Positions 1-12,700 of a stretch of 64,000 bases of DNA are shown piece after piece. The translations under genes and the position numbers were made by a program. This DNA is from a virus. Its lineage: Duplodnaviria > Caudoviricetes. The stretch's first letter is position 1. Each line of letters starts with the position of its first letter. The notes beneath the pieces were generated by a model that was not told where the DNA came from, did no database searches, and saw only the letters and a program-made list of their open reading frames with translations. Where the stretch lies: the IMG/VR virus record IMGVR_UViG_3300027759_000044, one strand, 5' to 3'.

Positions 1-579
1 AAATACATAGGCGTTACTACCTTGAATATCACCATTAGCATTGAATAATACTTGTGTGTTGGAGCCACCAATTTTAATATTACCACTAACATCAATATTA
101 CCACTGAAATTTCCACTGAAATTACCATTAAAGTTATTAGCATCAATAGATCCAGTAGCAGTAATATTGCCACCAATTATAATTACATTAGATGTAGCAT
201 TACCTACAGTTAGACCAGTTAAATTGCCAACACTTGAAATATTAGGTTGACTAGAACTGGTAGCATCAAATATCCCATGAAAGTAATTACTTGTTGTTAA
301 GTTACCTAAATTAGCATTACCCGCTGATATATTACCAGTAAGACTTAATGTTGTAGCAGTACCTGGATAGGCAGTGGTTTGTGTAGTGGTATCCGGAAAT
401 ACAACATTTCCGGTACTATCAAAATTCCAAATTTTATTACCATTATCAGAAACTATGTCAACATCTATATATGAAGTAATCTTAGATGTAAAAATGTTAC
501 CTGAGGTATCTATAACCTCGGTGAGTTCATCACCCACCGAGAATCCGTTTATAGAATTAAACCACTTAATTGTTGCCAT
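1..579 (-). CDS. Asn/Gly/Thr-rich fibre or virion structural protein, N-terminal part (runs off the window; absent from the ORF track)
   Basis: Manual translation from ATG 579 is open for 193 codons to base 1: MATIKWFNSINGFSVGD...GNANLGNLTTSNYFHGIFD...GGSNTQVLFNANGDIQGSNAYVF. Shares the N-terminal motif and internal modules of the neighbouring fibre genes. Confidence 0.85.
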   Translation of the reverse strand, partial: MATIKWFNSINGFSVGDELTEVIDTSGNIFTSKITSYIDVDIVSDNGNKIWNFDSTGNVVFPDTTTQTTAYPGTATTLSLTGNISAGNANLGNLTTSNYFHGIFDATSSSQPNISSVGNLTGLTVGNATSNVIIIGGNITATGSIDANNFNGNFSGNFSGNIDVSGNIKIGGSNTQVLFNANGDIQGSNAYVF

Positions 580-598
580 ATTATGTAATCAGCAATAC

Positions 599-3500
599 TT
601 AAATTGTCCTAATCTGTGTAGTCCAAGTAGTACTGTTACCACTAGATGGTGTAACTTGTAATGCTATATTACCTGAAGCAATATTAACCGCTAATACACC
701 TGTAGTAGTACCAATACGAACTGTTCCGTAAACTGTATAATCTACATCAGTGCCATCAGTAACAGCTAGTACAGTTGCTACACTATATTTTGCTCCAGGA
801 GTATCGTGTCCCTTAACTAAGAATTCAACACCTGTTACATTAGAACCAGTTAACTGGTATGTAGCAATTGTTTGATTAGCAGTAATAGCTGTAGTAGTTA
901 CGGTGTTTGCTGTAACTGAAGTATTACCAATATCTAACGTAGCAACAGAGAATGAATTTGCACTTAATCCACCGGTTGAAAGATTTCCAACACTTACGTT
1001 ACCTATTTTAGAAACACTGAATTTACTTACTCCACCAACTTGTAAATCCATCAATAATGAAGATGCGCTTGAAGTTGTATCGGTTACATTTTCTAGTATA
1101 CCGGTGAATACTGCTGATGCATTATTCCATGTTTGAGTTACATTTACAGCCGGGTTACTTGCTGTTATTGTGCCAGTTGCTAGTTGTACGGTGTTACCTA
1201 CAAAATTAACACCATTAACATTAGCTGTTGCTGTTAATGTATTTGCAGATATTACATTAGCACCAGAAATATTGCCACCAGATCCAGTAGTAGATATGTT
1301 ACCAAATGTACCATTACCGGTTGCTGTAACAGTTCCACCTGTTGAAATATTTCCACCGGTAATATTACCTGTTGCTATAATAAGACCAGCTGTACCTAAA
1401 TTACCCACGTTAGCATTACCTGTAACATCTAATGTTAAGTTAGCTGTTAATACATTGGCAATAACGTTAGAGGTTACTGTTAATGAGGTGCCGGTTGCCG
1501 CCCCAATATTTGGTGTAGTAAATGCTGCATTAGCCGGAACATAAATGTTACCGTTACCGTCAAACGCAGTTGTTGGGTTAGAGTTACCGTCAACCTTAGC
1601 ATTAAACTGTGTACCTATTAGTACTAAACCAGCACTTGTATTAGCAGTAAATGAACCAGCACCAGAGAACTGTACAAATACAATATCAGTTGTACCAACT
1701 GTAACTGGAGCGTTAGTTGTACATACCCAACCAGTATCAGCATTAGTTGTACCATATTCAACGAATACAAACGCACCTGGTATCTCGCCACTAGGTGATG
1801 CACTATCAAAGTCGGCTGTTCTTGTAAGTACGTATGCAGCCGCACCTGAACCTGCAGCAGTAACTAGATATATACCATTATAAGGTGCATTAGTTGAAGT
1901 TTCATTTTTAATCAATACTCGTTCGTTTATAGAAACTGCAGATCCATCAATTGACAATGCGCCAACTGCGTTACCTGTAATTGTTGCTCCTACGCCACTT
2001 GCACCGTTATTGTAAGTGTAAGCAGGAAGTCCGGCTGCTGTAGCATATACTACAGATGCTTTTGGATCTAGTCCTTGAGCCACACTATCAACATATGCTT
2101 TAGTAGCGGCATCACTATCTAGTGTTGGTGTAGCAAGATTTATAATTTTCTTGCTAGAAATACTAACAGCGCCAGTACCAGTTGGAACTAGTATAACATC
2201 ATTATTACCGGCTGCGGCAGATAATGTTAACGTAGTAGTATTAGAAGTCAATGTAGGTGATACTAGAGCAAGCGCATTAACGCTGACACTAGCATTGATA
2301 CTAGTGGTAGTTATATTTCCAACACTTATGTTACCTGTACCAATGATTTCACCAGTACCAAATCCAAGATTACCAACGTTAGCATTACCAGTTGTAGTAA
2401 TTGTATTAGATCCGGCAGCAATAGTACCAATGACATTACCAACAGTTAGATTAGCAGTAACGTTAGCATTACCAGTAACAGTTAATAGATTTGTAGTATT
2501 ATCAAATGTAAAGTTGGCACTAGCACCAAACTCACTAGCATTATTAAATTGGATCTCTGTATTGCTACCGGCCGGGTTTCCACCTAAATCCCATGCCGTA
2601 CCGTTTGCGTATAGTAAATTATTTGTTCTTAAGTTACCTACATTTGCTGTGTTAGTTACGTTTAAATTACTAGTAACATTTATAAAGTTTGCTGTAGCTA
2701 GATTACCTAAATTAACAGCACCTGCTGTAGGGAATGATGTGTTACCATCATTAACAAATGTCCAAGTATTAGCAATTGTGCCGCCTGTACCAACTTGTAC
2801 AGTTACATTGCCACCACGATTTTGGAATATATCTGTTTGAGCAGTACCTACTGTAAGTCCAGAACCACTAAATGTTCCACCTACAATTTGTGAAGCACCA
2901 CTTAATTCTACTTGACCACTTGCTTTAAATAGTGTTGTATTACCGGCAACATTGATGCCAACAAGACCAGTACTAGAACTTAATTCAATTCGTGTATCGT
3001 TTGTGCTTGCATTTGATACAATATTTGAAGCGAATACAAAACTATTAGCAGTTACATTTGCCGCTCTTATATTACCAGTAAAGTTAGCAGTATTGCCCGA
3101 TAGTTCTAAATTAACTGTAACATTTGGAGCAATAACATTACCAATGAAGTTTGCTGTGTTACCTTGTATATTAAGACTAACGTTTGCGTTACCACTTACA
3201 ACAACATCAGTTAAGTATGTTGTGTTTGATAGTGATATACCACTGGCATTTGATGATATATTTTGATCGCCAATAAGAATACTACTACCACTTAGAAATA
3301 AATCTTTCCAACGATTTGTAGCATTACCTAAATTAAATGTTACATTAGCTGAAGGAATTAAATTACCAGTAGTTGTACCAGAAATTTCTAAATTACCAAT
3401 ATTAGCTAAACCAAGCGTTTTTAAGTTAGCACCAGTAATATTAGCATTAGCATTAATATTTGCGTTAGCTTCAATATTACCAGTGACATTTACAGTGTTA

Positions 3501-3958
3501 GCTAAATTAGCAATACCATCAACATTTAATGAAATTAGATTGCCAACTGCAGTGATATTTGCTTGATTAGAACTAGTAGAGTCAAATACACCATGAAAGA
3601 AATTAGCAGTTGCTAGATTGCCTAAATTAGCATTAGAAGCATTAACATTACCACCAACTGTTAATAAATTAGAAGTTTTATCAAACGTAAATCCAGCTAC
3701 CCCACCAAACGCATTACCATCATTAAACTGAACATATGTGTTTGCCCCAGCTGCATTAGTCGTGAATACGTAAGGAACGCCATTTGCGTAATAGATGTGG
3801 TCTGTTCGTAAATTTCCAACATTTGCAGTGTCAGAAACGTACAAATTAGCTGTTAGATTAGCATTACTTGTGGTAATGTCACCGTTTGCTAGTATAATAT
3901 TAGCGGCATTTTCCCCTACTGAGAAGCCGCCGATTGAGTTAAATGCTTTAATTGCCAT
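599..3958 (-). CDS. Modular tail fibre or virion structural protein (1119 aa)
   Basis: N-terminal FNSIGGFSVG motif, AGxNTxxQFNDxxxFG modules, an NLGNATNRWKDLFLSG module, a 153-aa DAATKAYVD...QFSGAG domain and a compact C-terminal beta domain. Late promoter and AAGGA SD upstream. Confidence 0.75.
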   Translation of the reverse strand: MAIKAFNSIGGFSVGENAANIILANGDITTSNANLTANLYVSDTANVGNLRTDHIYYANGVPYVFTTNAAGANTYVQFNDGNAFGGVAGFTFDKTSNLLTVGGNVNASNANLGNLATANFFHGVFDSTSSNQANITAVGNLISLNVDGIANLANTVNVTGNIEANANINANANITGANLKTLGLANIGNLEISGTTTGNLIPSANVTFNLGNATNRWKDLFLSGSSILIGDQNISSNASGISLSNTTYLTDVVVSGNANVSLNIQGNTANFIGNVIAPNVTVNLELSGNTANFTGNIRAANVTANSFVFASNIVSNASTNDTRIELSSSTGLVGINVAGNTTLFKASGQVELSGASQIVGGTFSGSGLTVGTAQTDIFQNRGGNVTVQVGTGGTIANTWTFVNDGNTSFPTAGAVNLGNLATANFINVTSNLNVTNTANVGNLRTNNLLYANGTAWDLGGNPAGSNTEIQFNNASEFGASANFTFDNTTNLLTVTGNANVTANLTVGNVIGTIAAGSNTITTTGNANVGNLGFGTGEIIGTGNISVGNITTTSINASVSVNALALVSPTLTSNTTTLTLSAAAGNNDVILVPTGTGAVSISSKKIINLATPTLDSDAATKAYVDSVAQGLDPKASVVYATAAGLPAYTYNNGASGVGATITGNAVGALSIDGSAVSINERVLIKNETSTNAPYNGIYLVTAAGSGAAAYVLTRTADFDSASPSGEIPGAFVFVEYGTTNADTGWVCTTNAPVTVGTTDIVFVQFSGAGSFTANTSAGLVLIGTQFNAKVDGNSNPTTAFDGNGNIYVPANAAFTTPNIGAATGTSLTVTSNVIANVLTANLTLDVTGNANVGNLGTAGLIIATGNITGGNISTGGTVTATGNGTFGNISTTGSGGNISGANVISANTLTATANVNGVNFVGNTVQLATGTITASNPAVNVTQTWNNASAVFTGILENVTDTTSSASSLLMDLQVGGVSKFSVSKIGNVSVGNLSTGGLSANSFSVATLDIGNTSVTANTVTTTAITANQTIATYQLTGSNVTGVEFLVKGHDTPGAKYSVATVLAVTDGTDVDYTVYGTVRIGTTTGVLAVNIASGNIALQVTPSSGNSTTWTTQIRTI

Positions 3959-3979
3959 GGTAATTTCCTTTTATAAGTG

Positions 3980-3986
3980 TATTTAT
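3980..3986 (-). promoter_or_regulatory. Late promoter ATAAATA
   Basis: TAGCATAAATAC lies 21 nt upstream of ATG 3958; resembles the T4 late TATAAATA and cyanophage ATAAATA consensus. Confidence 0.75.
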
Positions 3987-4002
3987 GCTAAGGTTGATAT
4001 AG

Positions 4003-6723
4003 TTACTTCGCATATTGTATGATCATCATGTTATATTTCGTTAAATTAATAGAGTCTGGAGTCACTACTAATTGAACCGTATCAGGTGATCCCGCCTGAT
4101 AATTTACTGAAAAACTCCCTACACCACCATTGATGTAGAGTCCAGAATACTCATTAAATACCACCTCAGTTCCTAAAACTGCGGCAGCTATTTTTGCTGT
4201 TTGTCTCGTATTACTTGTTGCGTCTGTGGAAATAATAGTAAAATCTATTGCTGATATATTAGCCATCGATGTTGACCACAAGACTTGATTAGGTGTCGTA
4301 GCGGCCGTGGTAGCAAAATATACAGTTGAATGGTAAAATTCATTAACCCCAACACCCATTTGGAATGTGTTTGCTATAACATTATTAGCAATAGCTACAT
4401 TACCTAAAGTAGCATTGGCCGAAGTAATATTACCGGATGCGGTAAGTGTTACCGTAGATATTAAATTAGCCCCGGTAATATCTCCGGCTACCCCAGTAGT
4501 AGATATATTACCAAATACACCGTTAGCGGCAGTAACATTACTAGAAACATTAAGATTACCGGTAATGTTCCCTGTACCGGTTAAGGTTAATATATTTCCC
4601 ACATAATCAAACACGAAGGCATTACTACCGTTAACATCCCCATCAAAGTTAAATAACACTTGTGTGTTAGAACCAATACCTGTAATATTACCATTAACGT
4701 TACCAGTAAACGTTCCAGTAAAATTACCATTCATATTAGTAGCATTAATATTTCCGCTAGCGGTAACGTCACCGTTGGATATAACTACATTAGAGGTAGA
4801 ATTACCTACAAATAGGTTAGTTAAGTTACCAACACTAGTAATGTTTGGTTGGCTTGCACTGGTGTTATCAAATACACCATGAAAATAATTACTAGTTGTT
4901 AAGTTACCCAAATTAGCATTACCGGCTGCTATATTACCTGTTACATTAATAATACCAGAAGCATTGAGATTAGTTACGTTAGCAGTACCAATAACATTTA
5001 ATAATTGAGTACTATCATCATATGTGAAATTAGCACTTGCACCAAAGTTAGTATTACCATCATTATATTGAATATATGTATTAGATCCGGCAGCTTCTTG
5101 TAAGTCCCATGGTTGACCATTTGCATATAGTAAATAATTTGTGCGTAAAATACCTACATTTGCTGTATCAGCAACAGACAAATTAGCTACCACACTTATA
5201 AAATTAGCTGTTGCTATATTACCCAAATTAGCATTACTAACACTAATATTACCAGCAACAGTTAATAATTGAGTAGTATCATTATAAGTAAAGTTGGCAC
5301 TAGCACCAAAGTCTCCGTTATCAGCATTATATTGAATTTGAGTAATGAGACCGGCCGCTTCTTGTAAATCCCATGAACTTCCATTTGCATATAAGAGATG
5401 ATCTGTTCTTACATTACCAATAAGTGCAGTATCAGCAACATAAAGATTACTTGATATGTTAGCATTGCCAGTAAGTAATAATAATTGAGTACTATCATCA
5501 TACGTGAAGTTAGCACTTGCACCAAAGTTAGTATTACCATCATTATATTGAATCTGAGTATTAGAACCTGCGGCTTCTTGTAAGTCCCATGGTTGACCAT
5601 TTGCATATAAGATATGGTCTGTTCTTACATTACCAATAAGTGCAGTATCAGCAACATAAAGATTTCCTGATATATTTGCAGAATTTGCATCAACTACATT
5701 TGATGATACGTTGGCATTAATATTACCAGCTGTTAATGTACCAGTTATAGTTAAATAACCTTGAACGTTAACTCCGTCACCGGTAATCACCATTGTAGTG
5801 TTGCCAACGGACGTTAGATTAATATTACCATCAATATTTGGAATATTAATATTACTGTTTCCGTTACTGATGCCTGACCCGGTTGGTACATCTGCCCAAA
5901 TTAAATTACCTGAACCATTTGTTTGTAGATAGTATCCATTAGAACCACCGGTAATAGTAACGTTACCAACATTACCTAAATTACTTAAAGCATTAACAGT
6001 AAAATTTCCATTAGAAAATAAAGATGATGTTACTTGTACATTTCCAGTACCATTTGGGGTAAGATATATGTTACTGTTTGTAGTTATAGTACTGATAGTA
6101 GTATCGGTAAAGTTTAAATTACCAATATTAGTATTACCACTAATGTTACCACTAGGTTGATTAGTTACACCAATCAAACCAACATAACGAAAACCCACAA
6201 CATAAACGCTTTTACCTGTAATAGGACTGGCAATTTGACTTGGTACAGTTGCACCATTAAAATTCAATACACCAGATTGATAATCAAAGAACCATGTATC
6301 ATCTGAGCCAGAACCAGCTTGGAATAATTTAGTACCCGATGTTTGCGGGTTAGTTACACCAGAGTTAGCTACATATACTTGTATTAGGTAGTTGTCACCA
6401 AATTGAGTTGGTACCCAATTAGTTAAATTAGTTTGCCATGTTTGATTGTCAGGTGCAGTTAAATCTTCTGTACATTCTACACTAGGGCTAAAACTACCTA
6501 CACCGTCTTTATAAACTTCAATAATACTATTAGTAGACGTAGGAGGAGAGGTAGTTATCTGACCACTTTGCATCCAAACAAGATCGCCACGATATAGTAA
6601 CGGGCTAGGAATATTCTCATTGAAGGCTTGTTTACTAGTTGGTTCTGCGGTTTTAGTTACCCCGTAACCAACCTTTTTCCACAAATAGTCTATCTTTTGT
6701 GATTCGTTAAACGTTGCGGCCAT
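4003..6723 (-). CDS. Modular fibre or virion structural protein (906 aa) with internal tandem repeats
   Basis: N-terminal KIDYLWKKVGYGVTKT domain, three LYVADTA..GNVRTDHxLYANG.PWDLQEAAG repeats, and a C-terminal domain resembling that of 599-3958. TAATG overlap with the upstream gene. Confidence 0.7.
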   Translation of the reverse strand: MAATFNESQKIDYLWKKVGYGVTKTAEPTSKQAFNENIPSPLLYRGDLVWMQSGQITTSPPTSTNSIIEVYKDGVGSFSPSVECTEDLTAPDNQTWQTNLTNWVPTQFGDNYLIQVYVANSGVTNPQTSGTKLFQAGSGSDDTWFFDYQSGVLNFNGATVPSQIASPITGKSVYVVGFRYVGLIGVTNQPSGNISGNTNIGNLNFTDTTISTITTNSNIYLTPNGTGNVQVTSSLFSNGNFTVNALSNLGNVGNVTITGGSNGYYLQTNGSGNLIWADVPTGSGISNGNSNINIPNIDGNINLTSVGNTTMVITGDGVNVQGYLTITGTLTAGNINANVSSNVVDANSANISGNLYVADTALIGNVRTDHILYANGQPWDLQEAAGSNTQIQYNDGNTNFGASANFTYDDSTQLLLLTGNANISSNLYVADTALIGNVRTDHLLYANGSSWDLQEAAGLITQIQYNADNGDFGASANFTYNDTTQLLTVAGNISVSNANLGNIATANFISVVANLSVADTANVGILRTNYLLYANGQPWDLQEAAGSNTYIQYNDGNTNFGASANFTYDDSTQLLNVIGTANVTNLNASGIINVTGNIAAGNANLGNLTTSNYFHGVFDNTSASQPNITSVGNLTNLFVGNSTSNVVISNGDVTASGNINATNMNGNFTGTFTGNVNGNITGIGSNTQVLFNFDGDVNGSNAFVFDYVGNILTLTGTGNITGNLNVSSNVTAANGVFGNISTTGVAGDITGANLISTVTLTASGNITSANATLGNVAIANNVIANTFQMGVGVNEFYHSTVYFATTAATTPNQVLWSTSMANISAIDFTIISTDATSNTRQTAKIAAAVLGTEVVFNEYSGLYINGGVGSFSVNYQAGSPDTVQLVVTPDSINLTKYNMMIIQYAK
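4981..5665 (-). repeat. Three intragenic tandem repeats (periods 216 nt and 264 nt)
   Basis: TGCAGTATCAGCAACATAAAGATT occurs at 5641 and 5425, with a variant at 5161. GCACTTGCACCAAAGTTAGTATTACCATCATTATATTGAAT occurs twice. Confidence 0.9.
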
Positions 6724-9700
6724 TACGTTTCTACTCCTATCTGTAAATCAGTTATAGTTTGACCGGATGCCAACGCAATTCTAATTAAAATATTATTACC
6801 AAAACTTCTAGATGCATTCTGTGAACCAAGTGTCATGGTGTATCTTACATTTGATATCTGTGTATTCAATGGTATCACATCAGCCCCAGTTAAAGCACAT
6901 CCGTTAGTACCAGCGGGATTACCACCTGTATTACTATTACCCGGTACACCCGCACCATTGTATTGTTCATATCCAGTTAACCATCCGTTAATTGTACTAG
7001 TGGGTCCTGGATTACCCGGTACATTAGCACCAAATCCACCTGTGTCAATAGATGTTCCCGGTGCAGCTACCCATAACCCTGATATACCAGTTGAGCCGGT
7101 AGTTAATATAACATCAAAGTTAGCCAAGCTAGGTCTTACAAATGCAAAAGTAAAATATTGTAATCCTGATCGACCGGTTGCTAAATCTGGTCCAATTGGT
7201 AAATATCCAGTAGACAAGTTTACAGCATAATGTTTTAATACACCATATCTAACTACTGCTTCTGGCGTACCTGCAATAGTTTGAGCACCTGTCCAAGCAT
7301 TGCTGGTATAATAATTTGTACTTCCACTAAACGCCGGTGTGTTACCTGCAGTACTCAAAACAACACGAATCGCAGGTTGTGTATTACTTGCTACATTAGC
7401 AGGTATATTTGCTTCATTAAAGCCAGAATTTGCACCAGCATACATTTGTATTTTTGTAGGCAATTGAATTGTTGTACTAGTACCAACTACGTTGAATATG
7501 TTTGCCGCTAATGTTGATACCCCGTTAACAGCACCGTTAAGCAATACATTCATATTACCCATTGAATAGTTAGTTGAAATACCAATGTTAGCTTTAACAT
7601 TAGATCCAGTCAACATAGAATTAGCACTATTATCAATTTGTGCTAATGTTTTAGTTTGTGTGGCTATGACTGATCCAGAACCTTCATATGATGTACCAGA
7701 TGCTACTGTGAATGGATCAGCACTACGGAATGTTTGTCCTGTAAAGTTCTGTAATTCTAAATTAGCTACAGTTATTGCCGGCGATCCAGTAGCACTATAG
7801 TAAGGGATACCAGAAATATAACGATATGTTCCTGCAGTAGCAGTAACCATTATTGTATTTGTGGTAATTAAACTTGGTGCAGAATTTAAGTTATCTTTTA
7901 CCATTCCAATAGTATTGGTGTTACCTGTAGTTGAATGACGTAATTGGAAATCATTATAACCATTACCCAAACTAGCTAATGTATTGCTAATTGTAGCTGA
8001 GAATACTTTATAGAATCCTGTAGGAACAGCGGCATTTGCTACGTGTAAATCTCTATCTGCTGATACTATCAATGAACTATATGTTCCAACAGCATTTCCC
8101 ACATTACTGAATGACGTATTACCACTAGCAGTATTATTTACATAAGCAGTTAATGTGCCTGTAAGTGATGTGTTAGCATTAGTTACTTGTGTACTAGTTG
8201 ATACCGGTGTAGTTGTAGCAATACGTGTAACTGCTGTACCATTAGCTAATATATTTCCACCAGTATTATCAGCCGCTCCTGCCGCTAATAACGGACTAGT
8301 ACCTTGACTTGATGTAGCAATAGTAACATTAGTGAAACTACTTAGATTAGCAGGAGCTGTTGGGTTAGCTAAAATAGTAATATAATTTGTTTTTGTATTT
8401 GTATTACTTTGTAAAGTAGTTCCTGGAGTACCGTTTGCTTGTAATGCCACAGTCTTACCACCAATAGTAGGTGATCCATAATCGTTAAGATATGAGTGTG
8501 TAATATTAGCACGACTTGTTAGGCCTGTGTTACTTGTAGTATCACCCCATGTCCAATTAAACACGTTACCAGTAAAATTAACGTTAGGTGATGTATCATT
8601 ACTGAAGTTAAACAAGCTTCTATCACGACCTAAATAGTCAGTAAACAAGTAACCAACCTGAGCGTTAGAAGTATAACCAGTAGCGTCAGTTTGAGTATTG
8701 GCTGTTCCTGTAAAGTTAGCTCTAACTTCCGGTTCAACTGTAATTGTAATATTACTAGATATGAATGGGCTAGTACTATACCCGGTGTATAGTGAAAGAT
8801 TTGTTACATAACTTACTGTAGTGGCAGCATTTTGTTGTACTGAACTCAAAGCAAATGCGTGAGTAATATTAGCCGCTCCTGGATTACCAGCAAGTCCTGT
8901 TTGAATATTAATGTTACTATTAGCGGTACCGTCTCCCCAACGATAGTTATATAATTGTTGTGCACCAAAGCTAGCAGTATTACCCGGACTACCCGGAGTA
9001 TCATTTCTAAAACTAATTACACCACCTGAAGTAGCAAGATAGTTAATTGTTGAAGTAGCATTGGCTGAGAATGCAGGACTTTGCGGAGAATATACTTTAA
9101 CATTAGTATTAGCTGTTGTAACACTATACGGAGGTGCATTACCTGCTGTTTGATTTGTACCAGTTAAATTAATTCCATATATAGTATCAACGTTAGCAGA
9201 ATTAATATATCTATGGGTGTTAGTTGTCCAAGAGTTACCTGGGTTAACAGCACTATTACCATCACCATAATTAATTGTATATGATGTAGCATACAAACTT
9301 GTATTAGTTAGTGTAACGTTACTACCAGTATCTAAACTAGTAGGAGTAGTTGTAAATGATGGTATTGGTAATGGTGTATATAATGTTATATAATTTGTAT
9401 TAGTTGATGTAGCAGTTGAGCCTTTTGCTCCATTAGCCGCATTACCACCATATGTACCGTTAACATTGTATGCTGTAAATGTAACTGTAAATTGTCCGCC
9501 CGATGTATTACTATATGTTTTTGTAGGGTTGCGTAATGTGCTAGTTGTACCGTCACCAAAATCCCAAAGATAATTTGTGGGATTACCAATATAGTATCCG
9601 TTAAATGCTACTGTTATCGGGCTAGGTCCTGATGTAGTATTTGCCCCAATGTATATATTACCTACAAACGTATTTCCAGCAATGTTTAAGCTAACCTGAT

Positions 9701-12700
9701 TTAAATCATCTAATCCATCAGTAACATATGTACCGGTAGTCCAACCATTGTATGCTACATTGGTTGTTAGATCACCGTCAGTAGGTGTCCCTAATATAAT
9801 AGAGTTACCTATAACACCTGAAATGTTACCTCCACCAATCCAAGTTAGATTGCCAGTACCGTCTGTACCTAATAGATATCCTGCAGTTCCGCCACCAATG
9901 TGTACATTAGAAACACTTCCTAATGCTACGTTAGCAGTATTTGAGAAGTTAACTGTACCAATTGATGTTAGTCCAGTTAGATTACCCACACTTGTTAAAT
10001 TACTAGTGATAATATTTGAATTTAATGATGTTCCTGATAAGTTAGCCGCATTAGCAGTAATTGTTACATTGCTAGCGGCAGTTAGTTGACCTTGTTGGTT
10101 AACTGTAAATGTAGCAACAGTGTCACTACCACCGTATGTATTGGGTGTTACTGCTGTATTACTAATATTAAATTGATTGCCAATTAATGTGAGTCCTGTA
10201 CCAGCAGTGTATGAACCTGCACCAGAAAACTGTACAAATATAATTGGTGTTGTACCCATTACAACCGGTGAGTTTGTTGTACAAACCCAACCAGTATCAG
10301 CATTAATTGTACCATACTCAACAAAGGTAAACGCTCCTGGAATTTCACCACTCGGTGAACCATTATCAAAATCATTAGACCGTGTTAATACAAAAACTGA
10401 ACTTACACTACCGGTGTCTGTGACTACATATATACCATTATAAGGATCATTGGCACCTGTTTCATTTTTAATTAATACACGACTATTAACAACTGGGGAA
10501 CCACTGTCAAGTTCCAATGCTCCATTACTAGTTGCGGTAATAGTTGCTCCGACGCCACTTGATCCGTTATTATATGTATATGCCGGTAATGAAGTTGAAC
10601 TAGCATAGGTTACAGATGCTTTTGGATCTAGTCCTTGGGCAACTGCGTCAACATAACCTTTAGTTGCAGCATCTTGATTATTTACAGGCTCAGCTAAACT
10701 TGTAATGTTTTGGCTGTTCATGTTTACATTGCCACTGAAACTTCCTGTACCAGTAGCAATAAAGTTATTTGTTCCTAAATTACCTACGTTAGCATTACCG
10801 ATAAAATTAGCTGTATTTCCGGTTAAATCAAACGCAATATTTGCGTAGTTTGATGTTACTAGGTTACCTAAATTAGCATTACCTGAGGTTAAATTAGCAG
10901 TGATATTTGCTGTATTAGCATTTAAATGCTCTGCTACATTTACATAATTTGCTGTTGCTAAATTACCTAAATTAGCATTTGCAGAAGTTAAATTACCAAT
11001 AAAAGTAGCTATATTACCATTAAGGTCATACGCAACGTTTACATAATTTGCTAGTGCTAGGTTACCTAAATCAGCATTACCTGAGGTTAAATTAGCAGTG
11101 ATATTTGCTGTAGTTGCGTATACACCGTTTGATGTGTTTAAATTTGCACCAGTTATATTACCTAATGCAACAATAGTTTCGCCCACATCTAGTTTATTAG
11201 TGATATTTGCGTTACCGTTTACTAATAAACCACCAGATGAAATAACCACCACGTTACTAACAGTATCTACACTTATGTTAACATTTGAATTTGCATCTAT
11301 TATAATACTACTACTACCATTTAAGATACTAGCTGTATTAGAATTACCTGTTCCTATTACAGTAAATGTGCCACCTAATGGGTTTGTTAACGCAATTCCA
11401 TCAGGACCTGATGATATTGTAGAACCGTTTAAATCAATTGTATTACCTGATACATATAAATCTTTCCAACGTTGTGTTGGACTACCTAAATTATATGTTA
11501 AATTAGAACTTGGTAATAAATCTCCAGTTACTGTTAAATCAAACTCTGTTACTGTCAATGTAGTGTTGCCATTGGCTGTAAGAGTTATATTACCATCTGT
11601 CGTTGGTATTTCTATATAACTACTACCATTAGCAAGTCTGCCAATAAAATTACTAGCAGTTATATTACCTGTTGCGTTAATGTTCCCATCAACTATAACA
11701 ACATTTGATGTGGTATCACCTACTGTTAAATCTGTTAAATTACCTAATGTATGAATATTTGGTTGATTACTATCTGTAACTTGACCAGCAAAATTTGCAA
11801 AATTTGCATCAATCCCAGCCCATGTACCATCACCATAAAGAACATTTGATACATTACCATCTAAATTAATAGTAGCAATATTACCAATACCCGATACGTT
11901 AGCAACATTTACTGAATAAGCAGTTCCTGCAATATTTGCATAGTTTGCGTTTGCTACAGCTCCGCTTACATTAGCACCCTGTATATTACTTAAATTATTA
12001 CCTGATCCAATAAAGAAATTTGCTCTTACTACATTACCCAAATTAGCATTGCCGGCTGTTAAATTACCACTGAGGTTAGCTGTGTTTCCGTTTATCTGGT
12101 AAGCAACGTTTACATAATTAGCTGTGGCTAGATTACCTAAATTAGCATTATTAAATTGTGTATTTCCTAATACTGTTAATAAATTAGTAGTATTGTTAAA
12201 TGTAAAATTAGCACTAGCACCAAATTCACTATTATCATTAAATTGAATCTGTGTGTTATTTCCAGCTGGATTTCCACCTAAATCCCATGGACTTCCATTT
12301 GAATATAACAAATTATTTGTACGTAAATTCCCTACATTTGCAGTATTAACAACATTAATATTTCCCGAAACATTAACATAATTTGCCGTTACTAAATTAC
12401 CCAAATTAGCATTATCAGAAGTTAAATTACCGGTAACTGTTAAACTTGTTAAGTTACCAATACTAGTTATATTAGGTTGAGCATTAGTGTAGACTGTACC
12501 TGCTACCAGTGAGTTAGCTACTTGTCCTGTTACATTAGCACCTGTAATTGATGTTAATCCAGAACCGTTTCCTGTAATATTAGTAACAGCTAATGTTTTA
12601 GTTGTATTATTAAATGTAAAGTTAGCACTAGCACCAAATGCGTTACTATTATTAAATTGAACCTGTGTGTTACTACCAGCGGCATTAGTTGTGAATATAT

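Noticed and set aside
41..11619. Many plus-strand ORFs of 65-230 aa opposite the fibre genes (e.g. 2151-2840, 11098-11619)
   Set aside because: Antisense shadows of repetitive N/G/T/A codons, giving L/P/V/T-rich translations with no SD or promoter; they lie wholly within long minus-strand genes.
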